A stretch of DNA of 64,000 bases, taken from NCBI GenBank assembly GCA_049970055.1, contig JBMFNR010000002.1, positions 372,406 to 436,405 of the forward strand, in the 5' to 3' direction. The position numbers were made by a program, and so were the translations under genes. Below are positions 20,800 through 30,482 of the stretch, one piece after another (position 1 is the stretch's first letter; every line of letters starts with the position of its first letter). The stretch is from Fervidobacterium sp. (GTDB lineage: Bacteria; Thermotogota; Thermotogae; Thermotogales; Fervidobacteriaceae). The notes under the pieces are model-generated. The model did not search any database, was not told the origin of the DNA, and worked only from the letters and a program-made list of their open reading frames with translations.

Positions 20800-22632
20800 G
20801 TGGCTTTAACTACGAATACTATTCTTATTTGTGCGGGTGGTGGCTGTATATCCGCTGGTGAAGAGAGTGTAAAGCAAGCTTTTGAAAGAAAATTAAAAGA
20901 GTTTGGGCTTGACAGCGTTGTTTCAGTAGTTGAAACAGGATGTATGGGTGCATGTAGCCTTGGGCCCCTTGCTGTAGTTTATCCAGACGGTGTTTACTAC
21001 CAGAAGTTAACACCAAAAGCGGCAGAAAAAATTGTTGAAGAACACATGCTCAAAGGACGTATTGTGCCAGAGTATTTGTTCGAAGGCGAAAAAGAAAAGC
21101 TGACGATAAAAGAAAAAACAGCAGGTAAAGAAATTCCCTTCTTTTCACGACAAGTAAAGATAGCACTAAGAAATGTCGGTGTTGTTGATCCGTTGAGCAT
21201 TGATGAATATATAGCAAGGGATGGTTATTTTGCACTGCACAAAGCATTAACAAAGATGACTCCAGAAGAAGTGATAAAGGAAATCAAAGACAGTGGTTTA
21301 AGAGGCCGAGGCGGTGCTGGTTTTCCAACTGGATTGAAATGGGAGCTAGCGCGTCAGCAGAAGTCGGACGTAAAATATATGATCTGTAATGCCGACGAAG
21401 GCGATCCAGGAGCGTTCATGGATAGGTCTGTTCTTGAAGGCGATCCTCATTCAATAGTTGAAGCTATGACTATTGCAGGTTACGCGATAGGTGCGCAAAA
21501 GGGCTTCGTTTATGTAAGAGCGGAATATCCTCTTGCTATTGAAAGACTTGGTAAGGCCATTGAAACGGCACATGAGTACGGTTTCTTAGGTGAAAACATA
21601 TTTGGAAGTGGTTTTTCATTTGATATAGAGATCAGAATTGGTGCCGGTGCGTTCGTTTGTGGCGAGGAAACAGCGCTAATGCATTCAATCGAAGGAAAGA
21701 GAGGCCAACCTAGGGTTAAGCCTCCATTCCCTGTACAAAAGGGCTTGTGGGGTAAACCGTCGGTAATTAATAACGTTGAGACACTTGCCCTTGTTCCTCC
21801 AATCATACTCAAAGGTGCTTCTTGGTTTAGACAGTATGGAACGGAGAAATCGCCTGGTACAAAAGTTTTTGCACTTGCCGGTAAGATAAAAAACACAGGT
21901 TTGGTAGAAGTACCTATGGGTATAACTCTTAGAGAACTACTTTATGAAATAGGTGGTGGACATCCACAAGGTAAGCAGATAAAAGCCGTGCAGACTGGCG
22001 GGCCAAGCGGTGGTGTTATACCAGCAGAGTATTTTGATACACCAGTTGATTATGAATCCCTTGGTAAACTTGGCGCAATCATGGGCTCTGGTGGTATGAT
22101 TGTTCTTGATGAGGACGATTGTATGGTTGATGTTGCAAAATTCTTCTTGGAATTTACTGTTGACGAATCTTGCGGTAAGTGTACACCATGTCGTGAGGGT
22201 ACAAAGGTAATGTACGACTTACTGGATAAAATAACCAAAGGCGAAGGTACGATGGAGGATATAGAAAAACTTGAAAGTTTAGCCCAAATAATTAAAGATT
22301 CTTCGCTCTGCGGTCTTGGACAAACTGCACCAAATCCTGTATTATCAACTTTAAAATACTACAGGCATGAATACGAAGCTCACGTTAAAGATAAAATATG
22401 TCCGGCGAAGAAGTGTAAAGCGTTTATAAGCTATGTAATAAATCCAGAAAAGTGCGTTGGTTGTACTGCCTGTGCAAGGGTATGTCCAACTAATGCGATC
22501 CACGGAGAGGTAAGAAAAGTTCACGAAATAGATCAGGAAGCTTGTGTAAGGTGCGGCAGCTGTATAGAAGTTTGTAGGTTTGGTGCGATAAGTAAAGTTA
22601 CGCCTGCTGTTGAATCGGTAGTTTCTAGGTAA
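20800..22632 (+). CDS. NuoF/HydB-like FMN/NADH subunit 1 with C-terminal 2x[4Fe-4S]
   Basis: N-terminal Cys4 [2Fe-2S] domain, GRGGAGF, ADEGDPGAFMD, GAGAFVCGEET, GGPSG, CGKCTPC, two CxxCxxCxxxC motifs. Confidence 0.95.
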   Translation: MALTTNTILICAGGGCISAGEESVKQAFERKLKEFGLDSVVSVVETGCMGACSLGPLAVVYPDGVYYQKLTPKAAEKIVEEHMLKGRIVPEYLFEGEKEKLTIKEKTAGKEIPFFSRQVKIALRNVGVVDPLSIDEYIARDGYFALHKALTKMTPEEVIKEIKDSGLRGRGGAGFPTGLKWELARQQKSDVKYMICNADEGDPGAFMDRSVLEGDPHSIVEAMTIAGYAIGAQKGFVYVRAEYPLAIERLGKAIETAHEYGFLGENIFGSGFSFDIEIRIGAGAFVCGEETALMHSIEGKRGQPRVKPPFPVQKGLWGKPSVINNVETLALVPPIILKGASWFRQYGTEKSPGTKVFALAGKIKNTGLVEVPMGITLRELLYEIGGGHPQGKQIKAVQTGGPSGGVIPAEYFDTPVDYESLGKLGAIMGSGGMIVLDEDDCMVDVAKFFLEFTVDESCGKCTPCREGTKVMYDLLDKITKGEGTMEDIEKLESLAQIIKDSSLCGLGQTAPNPVLSTLKYYRHEYEAHVKDKICPAKKCKAFISYVINPEKCVGCTACARVCPTNAIHGEVRKVHEIDQEACVRCGSCIEVCRFGAISKVTPAVESVVSR

Positions 22633-22636
22633 ATTT

Positions 22637-22675
22637 AATACAGGTGAGCGATCCGAAAAGATGCTCACCTGTATT
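22637..22675 (+). promoter_or_regulatory. Intercistronic stem-loop
   Basis: aatacaggtgagc ... gctcacctgtatt, a perfect 13-bp inverted repeat between nuoF1 and nuoE2. Confidence 0.7.
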
Positions 22676-22727
22676 TGATATTATCTTGGAGTTTGTGTCT
22701 AATTGCATTTGCGGGGAGGGAAGGTGT

Positions 22728-23213
22728 GTGGATCGCTCGATGCTGAAAAACTTCATAAGCGAAGTTAAAAGTGAAAGTTTGGAAGAGCAAGATATGTTGA
22801 TATATCTGCTTCACCGTGTACAAGATTACTACCAGAGTCATTACATCCCACCAGAAGTTGGTGAAATGATAGCCGAAGAATTAAATATTCCTCCTTCAAG
22901 GGTCTACGAAGTCCTCACATTCTACACTATGTTTTCAACAAAACCAAGAGGAAAATACGTAATAAGAGTATGTACAAGTTTGCCATGCCATGTACCTGGT
23001 GGTCGTGAAATTGTGCAATTTTTAAAGCAAAAACTTGGATTAGATTTTGGTGAAACGACTAAGGATGGTCTATTTACGTTAGAAGAGACTGGATGCTTGG
23101 GGCTTTGCGGTGTTGCTCCAGTGATAATGGTTAACGACCAATACTATGGTGACCTCACCGTTGAAAAAGTGAATGAAATCATTGAAGAATTAAAAGGTGG
23201 TGAGGCAAAATGA
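22728..23213 (+). CDS. NuoE/HydC-like [2Fe-2S] subunit 2
   Basis: CTSLPC...CLGLC. Start GTG 22728 after GGGAGG. Confidence 0.9.
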   Translation: MDRSMLKNFISEVKSESLEEQDMLIYLLHRVQDYYQSHYIPPEVGEMIAEELNIPPSRVYEVLTFYTMFSTKPRGKYVIRVCTSLPCHVPGGREIVQFLKQKLGLDFGETTKDGLFTLEETGCLGLCGVAPVIMVNDQYYGDLTVEKVNEIIEELKGGEAK

Positions 23214-24820
23214 CACCAATTACGGTACTTATCTCCGTTGATAGTAATAGTATCTTGCTGGGCGCGAAGGAATTTGCAAATTATCTCAAAGAACTCATCA
23301 ACAATTACAATCTTTCTTCCCTTGTAAATGTACTTGAAACAGTATCTCTCGGCTCGTACGATGGCGTTGTGTTACAAGTACTTCCAGATGATGTTTTATA
23401 TTCTGTAAAAAGCAAAGAAGATATAAGGAAAATAGTAGAAGAGCATCTTCTCAAAGGAAGAACAGTTTGGGAACTGACCGTGCAGAAATCGGAAATCAAA
23501 GCACCTAAAAAATTCGCGCTTAAAGAAACAAGAATTGTTACAAGAAATATTGGTGTTATAGACCCAAAAAGTATCGAGGAGTACATTGCAAAAGATGGGT
23601 ATTTTGCTTTGAGCAAAGCCCTGAAAATGACACCAGAAGAAGTATTAAAAGAAATCAAAGACAGTGGTTTACGTGGGCGTGGAGGTGCTGGATTTCCAAC
23701 AGGTTTGAAATGGGAATTTACGGCTAGAGCGAAAGCTGATCAGAAGTACATCGTATGTAACGCAGATGAAGGTGAACCTGGTACATTCAAAGATAGGCTT
23801 ATTATGGAAGGGGATCCGCACAGTGTTATTGAAGCAATGATAATTGCTGGATACGCGGTTGGTGCAACGAAGGGATACATTTACATAAGAGGTGAATACT
23901 ACAATTCCGTTGAGAATTTGAAAAAGGCCATTAAAGATGCTTACGAATATGGATTTTTGGGTGAAAATATCCTTGGTAGTGGATTTAATTTCGATTTGAC
24001 GGTACGACTTGGAGCCGGCGCGTATGTATGCGGTGAGGAAACAGCACTTCTTGAATCGATAGAAGGAAGGTCAGGAAGGCCAAGGCTGAAACCACCATAT
24101 CCACCACAATCCGGATTATTCGGAAAACCTACTGTGATAAATAACGTCGAAACTCTTGCAAATGTACCGCAAATTATACTCAATGGTGCACAGTGGTTCA
24201 GAAGTGTGGGCACACCAAATTCACCAGGTACAAAGGTTTTCTGCCTTGTGGGGGATGTTAACAAACGTGGAATGGTAGAACTACCATTGGGTGTAACGGT
24301 TAGAGAGGTACTTTACGGATTTGGCGGGGGAATAAAAGGTGGAAGAGATCTAAAAATGGTTCAAACAGGCGGACTTGCTGGTACCTTCATAGGACCGGAC
24401 AAATTGGATACTCCATTCGATTATGATTCAATGAAAAACTACGGGGTTAGCCTTGGCTCAGGTGTTATACTCGCAATAGATGACTCACACTGCGCAGTCG
24501 ACATAGCGTTGAATGTAATGGAATTTTTTAGGCATGAATCATGTGGAAAATGTACACCTTGTAGGGAAGGAACAAGACTAGCTTGCGAGATTCTCGAAAG
24601 AATGACGAAATTTGAAGCAGATATCGATGATTTAAAGTATCTCGAAGAGATAGCGTATGTAAGCGCTGATGCTTCCTTCTGTGGTCTTGGACAAAGCATA
24701 AATGTTCCATTACTGTCTTTAATAAATAACTTTAGAGGTGAGTTCTTAGAACACATTGAAGCAAAGTATTGCAAGGCAGGTTTGTGCAAAGAGCAAAAAA
24801 AGAAAGTTACAGTTAAGTGA
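23210..24820 (+). CDS. NuoF-like FMN/NAD(P)H subunit 2 (no C-terminal ferredoxin domain)
   Basis: GRGGAGF, ADEGEPGTFKD, GAGAYVCGEET, CGKCTPC...CGLG. N-terminal domain lacks Cys. Confidence 0.93.
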   Translation: MTPITVLISVDSNSILLGAKEFANYLKELINNYNLSSLVNVLETVSLGSYDGVVLQVLPDDVLYSVKSKEDIRKIVEEHLLKGRTVWELTVQKSEIKAPKKFALKETRIVTRNIGVIDPKSIEEYIAKDGYFALSKALKMTPEEVLKEIKDSGLRGRGGAGFPTGLKWEFTARAKADQKYIVCNADEGEPGTFKDRLIMEGDPHSVIEAMIIAGYAVGATKGYIYIRGEYYNSVENLKKAIKDAYEYGFLGENILGSGFNFDLTVRLGAGAYVCGEETALLESIEGRSGRPRLKPPYPPQSGLFGKPTVINNVETLANVPQIILNGAQWFRSVGTPNSPGTKVFCLVGDVNKRGMVELPLGVTVREVLYGFGGGIKGGRDLKMVQTGGLAGTFIGPDKLDTPFDYDSMKNYGVSLGSGVILAIDDSHCAVDIALNVMEFFRHESCGKCTPCREGTRLACEILERMTKFEADIDDLKYLEEIAYVSADASFCGLGQSINVPLLSLINNFRGEFLEHIEAKYCKAGLCKEQKKKVTVK

Positions 24821-24855
24821 GATTCAAGTAATGTAGTGAGAATGATGGAAACAAT

Positions 24856-24887
24856 AAAAAGTGCGCTCGAAAAGGGCGCACCTTTTT
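24856..24887. terminator. Bidirectional terminator between the nuoEF operon and csaB
   Basis: aaaaagtgcgctc-gaaaa-gggcgcaccttttt. Confidence 0.85.
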
Positions 24888-24892
24888 AATTT

Positions 24893-25891
24893 TTAAATTA
24901 TGATTCTGGATTGTAGTTTAATCATGATCCTGTAAAGTTTTTTAAAACTCTCATCACATTCTTTGTCCATTTCGCTTTTAGGATTTAGCGGAGAATTCAA
25001 GATGAGCCCTATCCTTTTGTCGAAATCTACAAGGTCTTTGGCAAAGAATTCTTTTCTTTGAGTGTATTTTCTGAAAAACCTTTGCGTTTTTGAATTTTCA
25101 AGCGATAAAAAAGGTACTCCAAAGTACGAAGCTACTACTGAACCATGGAAACGTTCAGAAACAACAAACTTTGACGATAATATATGCGAGATAGTTTTGT
25201 CAACGTCGCCTACGTCGTTTTCGTTTACTAGATCGGCCTTAAGTATATTAGCTAATCTCTTGGCTACAGGATAATCTGTTTTTTGCGCTGGTAGAATGAA
25301 GATATTGTCGAAGTAGTTACGTAGAATTTTGTACTGATCGATGTTTTTGCTTTCCCTTGGTATTATTATCAAGTCATATTTCTTTTCACATTTATCACTT
25401 AAAGAGGTAACTTTTCTAAGATACCTAATTGAAGGGTCACAAGACAATTCTGTGCTTTTATTCAGATATTTGCCGTACTTATAAGATATTATGTCCCTTG
25501 CGAATAAAAAGACGTTTCTATTTTTTAGGATGTTTCTCAACGTAAGTCGGTTGCAACTTTTTTTGACTGGCCCGATGCTATTACCGAATAAAATGACTGG
25601 CGTCTTTAAAAGTAAACTTAATCTAATTATTAAAGCATAATAAAGAAAACTCCTAGTACTTGTTATGTCTTGTAAAAGTCCCCCGCCACCGTATACAACG
25701 ACATCACTGTCGTATATCGATTCGAGAAGTTCGAAAATGTTGAATCTTGATATCGTGTCTTTACTAACCCTTTTTGGAAGAGCTAATGTGTACTGTATGT
25801 TAAACTTTTCAAGAAAGTCGATAATTCCTAATTTCATTAGTTCATCGCCAAAGTTACCATATCCATAGTAACCTAATAGTAAAACTTTCAA
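24893..25891 (-). CDS. csaB: Polysaccharide pyruvyl transferase, CsaB-like
   Basis: GYYGYGNFGDE, GGGGLLQD.TS.RS, RFHG. Confidence 0.85.
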   Translation of the reverse strand: MKVLLLGYYGYGNFGDELMKLGIIDFLEKFNIQYTLALPKRVSKDTISRFNIFELLESIYDSDVVVYGGGGLLQDITSTRSFLYYALIIRLSLLLKTPVILFGNSIGPVKKSCNRLTLRNILKNRNVFLFARDIISYKYGKYLNKSTELSCDPSIRYLRKVTSLSDKCEKKYDLIIIPRESKNIDQYKILRNYFDNIFILPAQKTDYPVAKRLANILKADLVNENDVGDVDKTISHILSSKFVVSERFHGSVVASYFGVPFLSLENSKTQRFFRKYTQRKEFFAKDLVDFDKRIGLILNSPLNPKSEMDKECDESFKKLYRIMIKLQSRIII

Positions 25892-25969
25892 GGAATAACC
25901 AGCTCCTTTGAAGAATAGTTAATTGAAAAATTTTAAAAAAGTTTAAATATCTTCTACAGGGGTGTAACT

Positions 25970-26719
25970 ATGGTTCGTAAGATAACGGAAAAAGTTTATG
26001 TGATCGAACATGAAGAAGCCGCAAACAACGTTGTTATCATAGGAAAAAAAGGTGTCATACTCGTCGATACCTCTTTGTTTCCTGAAAAAGCAAGGAGGAT
26101 TGCTAAATTTGTGAAAGAATTTACAATGAAAACAATTTCTTTGGTTCTGAATACTCATTATCATCCCGATCACACTTTTGGTAATGTTGCTTTTGACTGC
26201 CCTATTGTTGCGCACACGCTTACACGTGAGTTTATGGAGCAATTCAATGTAGATTATTTCAATAAGATTGGTGTTGAATATTTTCGTCCAAAATTACCTG
26301 ATGTATTATTCGATGATATTTTCGAGTACGAAGATGGAGTACAGTTAAAGTTCATCCACGCTCCTGGTCACACACCAGACTCTTCATATGTGTACTTACC
26401 CAAAGAGAGTGTTCTTATCGCGGGTGATACAGTTATCAATACCATACATCCCGAGATAGTGGAAGATAGCAATCTAAGCACATGGATAAAGACGCTCGAA
26501 ACACTTCCAAAAGTAAATCACGTGATACCGGGACATGGTGAAATTGGCGATTACAATTCTATTGTTAAGATGCAAGAGTATATAGAAAAAATAAGAAAAC
26601 TCACAATTGGCGAAATAAGACCAGCAGATTTTGAAAGAGACGAGAACTTTTCAAAGCGACTCCATCCAGAGATGCTTGAATGGAGCCTGAAGAATATTTT
26701 ATCTAAAAGTGCTAGATGA
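25970..26719 (+). CDS. Metallo-beta-lactamase fold hydrolase
   Basis: THYHPDH, PGHT, GD, PGHG. Confidence 0.9.
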   Translation: MVRKITEKVYVIEHEEAANNVVIIGKKGVILVDTSLFPEKARRIAKFVKEFTMKTISLVLNTHYHPDHTFGNVAFDCPIVAHTLTREFMEQFNVDYFNKIGVEYFRPKLPDVLFDDIFEYEDGVQLKFIHAPGHTPDSSYVYLPKESVLIAGDTVINTIHPEIVEDSNLSTWIKTLETLPKVNHVIPGHGEIGDYNSIVKMQEYIEKIRKLTIGEIRPADFERDENFSKRLHPEMLEWSLKNILSKSAR

Positions 26720-26720
26720 T

Positions 26721-27221
26721 TTATTCAGGTAAACTTTCCCAGATTTTTTCAACATATTCAGATTGTTTCCTGAACATTTCCTGTGCATTTTGCGAGTTGT
26801 ACTCGTGATCGTATCCTGCCATATGTAATATAGAATGAACAAGTACAGTGAGCAGCTCTTTTTCGAATGGATTTTCAAAAGCTTCACTATTTTCTTTTAT
26901 TTTTTCCAAACAAAGGTAACCTTCTGAATAGATAGTTAAGTTTTCTTTTGCTTGATTTAACTCATCTAACCCTTCTGCCATATCTGATGTAGATTGTTCA
27001 AATTCTGTAAATTCTTCATCTCCGTAAACAAACGTTAGAACGTCCGTTGGACCTTCTTTCTTTCGGAAACGCATGTTCATTTCGGACATCAGTTGTGGGT
27101 CTATAAAAACAAAAGAGATGTCCACATTTCCTATTTCTTTTTCTACAATAATTTCAAGTTTATCCTTTATTCTCTCCAGGAACTTTTCCACACTAGATGG
27201 AACTTCGTTGAAGTATATCAT
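26721..27221 (-). CDS. ybeY: Endoribonuclease YbeY
   Basis: PTDVLTF, HSILHMAGYDH. Confidence 0.92.
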   Translation of the reverse strand: MIYFNEVPSSVEKFLERIKDKLEIIVEKEIGNVDISFVFIDPQLMSEMNMRFRKKEGPTDVLTFVYGDEEFTEFEQSTSDMAEGLDELNQAKENLTIYSEGYLCLEKIKENSEAFENPFEKELLTVLVHSILHMAGYDHEYNSQNAQEMFRKQSEYVEKIWESLPE

Positions 27222-27251
27222 TCTCTCACCTCTTATGGTTATCCTGTATGT

Positions 27252-28634
27252 TTACCCCGTTGTTTCTATTTCTTCGCTTATCGACGGATACTCAATTCTA
27301 TGTTTTGATAGGTTTTCAAATACCGTTGTGAAGCTTTCGACAATTATCCTTAGTTCGTTAACTGTTAAACCAGTATCGTCAAGCTGACCTTCCTCGAATA
27401 ACTCTACAACAATCTTTTCGATAGTGCTTTTCATTTGGCTTAAATCGAACCTATCAGCGCTTTTCGATATAGCTTCTACCACATCCGCGAGCATAATTAT
27501 TCCAAGTTCCTTAGTTTTTGGCTTTGGACCTTTGTAATGGAATTCTTCTATATTAGCATTACCATATACTTGCAAAGCTTTTGCGTAAAAATATTTTTGA
27601 ATTCTTGTACCATGGTGTTGTGGAATTGCCATTTCGATCTGTATTGGTAATCTGTATTTTCTGGCAATTTCAATCCCATCTTCAATATGCTTCATTATTA
27701 TTTTCGAACTCACTTCTGGTGGTAGAGAATTATGCGGGTTATCCTCCAAGCTTTTCAGATTTTCCACGAAATAATCCGGATTTCTCATCTTTCCGATGTC
27801 ATGATAGTAAGCGCAAGCCCTTACAAGCACCGTATTTGCCCCTATATCCTCTGCCGCTCTTTCTGAAAGTTCAGCAACTCTCATACTGTGGTAATACGTA
27901 CCAGGAGCGTGAACAGAGAGGAGTTTTAACAATTGATGATTTATAGTTGAAATTTCTGATAGCCCGATGTTTGAATATATCCTTGTGGAGACTTCTATGT
28001 AAGGGAGTATCCCAAGCACAACTACGGATGAAATAATGGGATTAAGAAAGACAATTATGTAGTCTTTTGTCGAAAAATAAAAATGTCTTACAGGTTCTTG
28101 CAGGAGAATCATAACTATACTTGCTATACTCGAAAATAACCCAGCTTTTGTAACTTGTATTCTGCTTTTCGTGTTTTTCAGCATATACGTTACGATAAAA
28201 ACTTGAGGAAAAAAGTGGAGAAACATAAAGAAATCGTGGTGGTGAAAAGCTGTGGAGAGAGAAAGGATGAGGCCCGCACTTGCGCCAAATTCGTAATCGA
28301 TAAGGAGTGTTATAAGCATGGGAACAGCAACTATGGGTATGAAAGTTATCCCATAAGTTTTGTAAATGACTGTGTTCAAAATTCCACCGATGAGAAAAAC
28401 GCTATAAAAGAAAATTCTATATCTGATATCAGTATTTAGTATGTTTGAGTTTCTTATGAAATGCTCTACTATGCCATACCATATGACTAATATTAGGATA
28501 AATTCGTTTGCAAGCCCGAGCAAACTCAAATCATATATGTTATTTGCTACACTTATAATTAACGCCAAGATTATTCCATCGTAAATAAAAGCCTCATTTT
28601 TTAGCATATCTTGATCTGAGGTTTTTCTTTGCAT
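27252..28634 (-). CDS. 7TM-HD phosphohydrolase (PgpH-like)
   Basis: Multi-TM N-terminal half; APGTYYHS, YYHDIGK, YFVEN, QHHGT, Y.GPKP, MLAD. Confidence 0.88.
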   Translation of the reverse strand: MQRKTSDQDMLKNEAFIYDGIILALIISVANNIYDLSLLGLANEFILILVIWYGIVEHFIRNSNILNTDIRYRIFFYSVFLIGGILNTVIYKTYGITFIPIVAVPMLITLLIDYEFGASAGLILSLSTAFHHHDFFMFLHFFPQVFIVTYMLKNTKSRIQVTKAGLFSSIASIVMILLQEPVRHFYFSTKDYIIVFLNPIISSVVVLGILPYIEVSTRIYSNIGLSEISTINHQLLKLLSVHAPGTYYHSMRVAELSERAAEDIGANTVLVRACAYYHDIGKMRNPDYFVENLKSLEDNPHNSLPPEVSSKIIMKHIEDGIEIARKYRLPIQIEMAIPQHHGTRIQKYFYAKALQVYGNANIEEFHYKGPKPKTKELGIIMLADVVEAISKSADRFDLSQMKSTIEKIVVELFEEGQLDDTGLTVNELRIIVESFTTVFENLSKHRIEYPSISEEIETTG

Positions 28635-28636
28635 TT

Positions 28637-29587
28637 CTATCTCCTCTTCTCAGATTTTTCTTTCTTCTCGAAATTATCGTACGCACGAATTATCTTTTTT
28701 ACAAGATGATGCCTAACCACATCAGCATCGGTCAGGTATACAAACGTTATACCGTCTATATCTTTCAAGATCTCCTGCGCAAGAACTAAACCTGATCTTT
28801 CCTCTATGTCAATTTGTGTTATATCGCCCGTAACGATTACTTTTGAACCAAATCCCATACGTGTCAAGAACATTTTCATTTGTTCGTACGTTGTGTTTTG
28901 TGCCTCATCTAGTATTATAAATGCGTTATTCAAAGTGCGTCCTCTCATGTACGCAAGAGGTGCAATTTCTATGATATTCTTTTCACGCAAGGAAATAAAC
29001 TTTTCTATTCCTATCATATCAATAAGTGCGTCGTAAAGCGGGCGAAGGTATGGATCAACTTTTTCAGTCAGGTCGCCTGGTAAAAAACCTAACTTTTCAC
29101 CAGCTTCAACAGCCGGACGTGTCAATACTATTCTCTGTACCCTGCCGGACTTTAAGTAATCTACTGCAACAGCGGACGCAAGATAAGTTTTACCGGTTCC
29201 CGCTGGTCCAATAGCAAAAACAATATCATTTTTTTCTATAGCTTCTAAGTATTTTCGTTGACCTTCCGTTTTTGCTTTTACTTTCCCAACAGATTTCTTG
29301 TAAACTTCCTCAGGACTTTCTATCTTTTCGTTTTCTTCAACAATGTACTCAAATTCTGTCCAGTCGAGTAAGTGCCCATCTCTTGTTATGTTTATTATCT
29401 CTTTCAATATCTTTTCAACAATTTCTACGGATCTTTGGTCTTCTCCACGAACACGTATTTCATCGTCTACAACACTAATTTCAACGTTAAACCTTCTTTT
29501 CAAATAACGTGCTTTGTTATCGTACTGCCCGAGGACTTCAACTAAAGCAACATCAGACGGCACCGTAATCCTCTTTAAATTCACCAA
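28637..29587 (-). CDS. phoH: PhoH-family ATPase
   Basis: [34 protein letters not shown]. Confidence 0.95.
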   Translation of the reverse strand: MVNLKRITVPSDVALVEVLGQYDNKARYLKRRFNVEISVVDDEIRVRGEDQRSVEIVEKILKEIINITRDGHLLDWTEFEYIVEENEKIESPEEVYKKSVGKVKAKTEGQRKYLEAIEKNDIVFAIGPAGTGKTYLASAVAVDYLKSGRVQRIVLTRPAVEAGEKLGFLPGDLTEKVDPYLRPLYDALIDMIGIEKFISLREKNIIEIAPLAYMRGRTLNNAFIILDEAQNTTYEQMKMFLTRMGFGSKVIVTGDITQIDIEERSGLVLAQEILKDIDGITFVYLTDADVVRHHLVKKIIRAYDNFEKKEKSEKRR

Positions 29588-29805
29588 ATCACCTCATTGA
29601 TATGTTGTATATTTGCATTTTGTTATGTGTATTGTTTTTTTACCACCGCGCGGGTATAATATGTAGCAGAGATACGCGAAATTACCTTTTCTATACTGCT
29701 TACTCTATTAAAAGTATTATATCATATCGAACATTAATATTCAACGAAATAACATTTGTACGGAATATTAAATTATCAAGTAAAAAGTTAGGAGGAGTGA
29801 TTACA

Positions 29806-30450
29806 TTGGCAATTGTATCGGCATCTATATTAGCTGCGGATCTTTCAGAATTAAAAAAAGAAGTTGAAAGGGTCAAGCCATACATAGACGAAATACACCT
29901 TGATGTTATGGACGGGCATTTCGTTCCAAACTTAACATTTGGGTATCCAATGATTGAAGCACTGAAAAAGTTTACAGATCTTCTCATCGATGCTCACCTT
30001 ATGGTTACGAACCCAGATGCACACATAAAGGCATTCATAGAAAAAGGTGCCAGCCGTGTTACCATTCACCAAGAAACTTGTTACCATTTGCATAGAAGTC
30101 TACAACTGGTAAAGTCAATGGGCGTTGAAGCGTTTGTTGCAATAAATCCGGGGACTTCTCTGAGCACCCTCGATGAGGTTTTACCTTACGTCGATGGCGT
30201 GCTCATAATGACAGTTAATCCAGGCTTTTCGGGGCAAGAGTTCATTCCAACAATGTTTGACAAAATAAAAAAACTGGTAAAAGTGAAGGAAGAAAACGGA
30301 TTTACATTTAAAATAGCTGTAGATGGCGGCGTGGGAAATACCAACGCACTTCGGTTGAAGCAAATAGGTGTTGATATACTTGTTATGGGTTATGGTGTTT
30401 TCAGAAATAATCATTTAAAAGAACTTTATACCTCACTTAAGAACTCTTAA
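29806..30450 (+). CDS. rpe: Ribulose-phosphate 3-epimerase
   Basis: HLDVMDGHFVPN, MTVNPGF.GQ, VDGG. Start TTG 29806 after GGAGG. Confidence 0.95.
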   Translation: MAIVSASILAADLSELKKEVERVKPYIDEIHLDVMDGHFVPNLTFGYPMIEALKKFTDLLIDAHLMVTNPDAHIKAFIEKGASRVTIHQETCYHLHRSLQLVKSMGVEAFVAINPGTSLSTLDEVLPYVDGVLIMTVNPGFSGQEFIPTMFDKIKKLVKVKEENGFTFKIAVDGGVGNTNALRLKQIGVDILVMGYGVFRNNHLKELYTSLKNS

Positions 30451-30482
30451 TCTGGAATGTTCACACCTTATGGAGGTGTTGA

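Noticed and set aside
21170..24150. Near-identical DNA stretches (e.g. gaaatcaaagacagtggttta) occurring twice
   Set aside because: Explained by paralogy of nuoF1 and nuoF2, not by a mobile repeat.
29602..29805. N-terminal extension of rpe in the ORF track
   Set aside because: The true start is TTG 29806 after GGAGG; the upstream part is the divergent promoter region.
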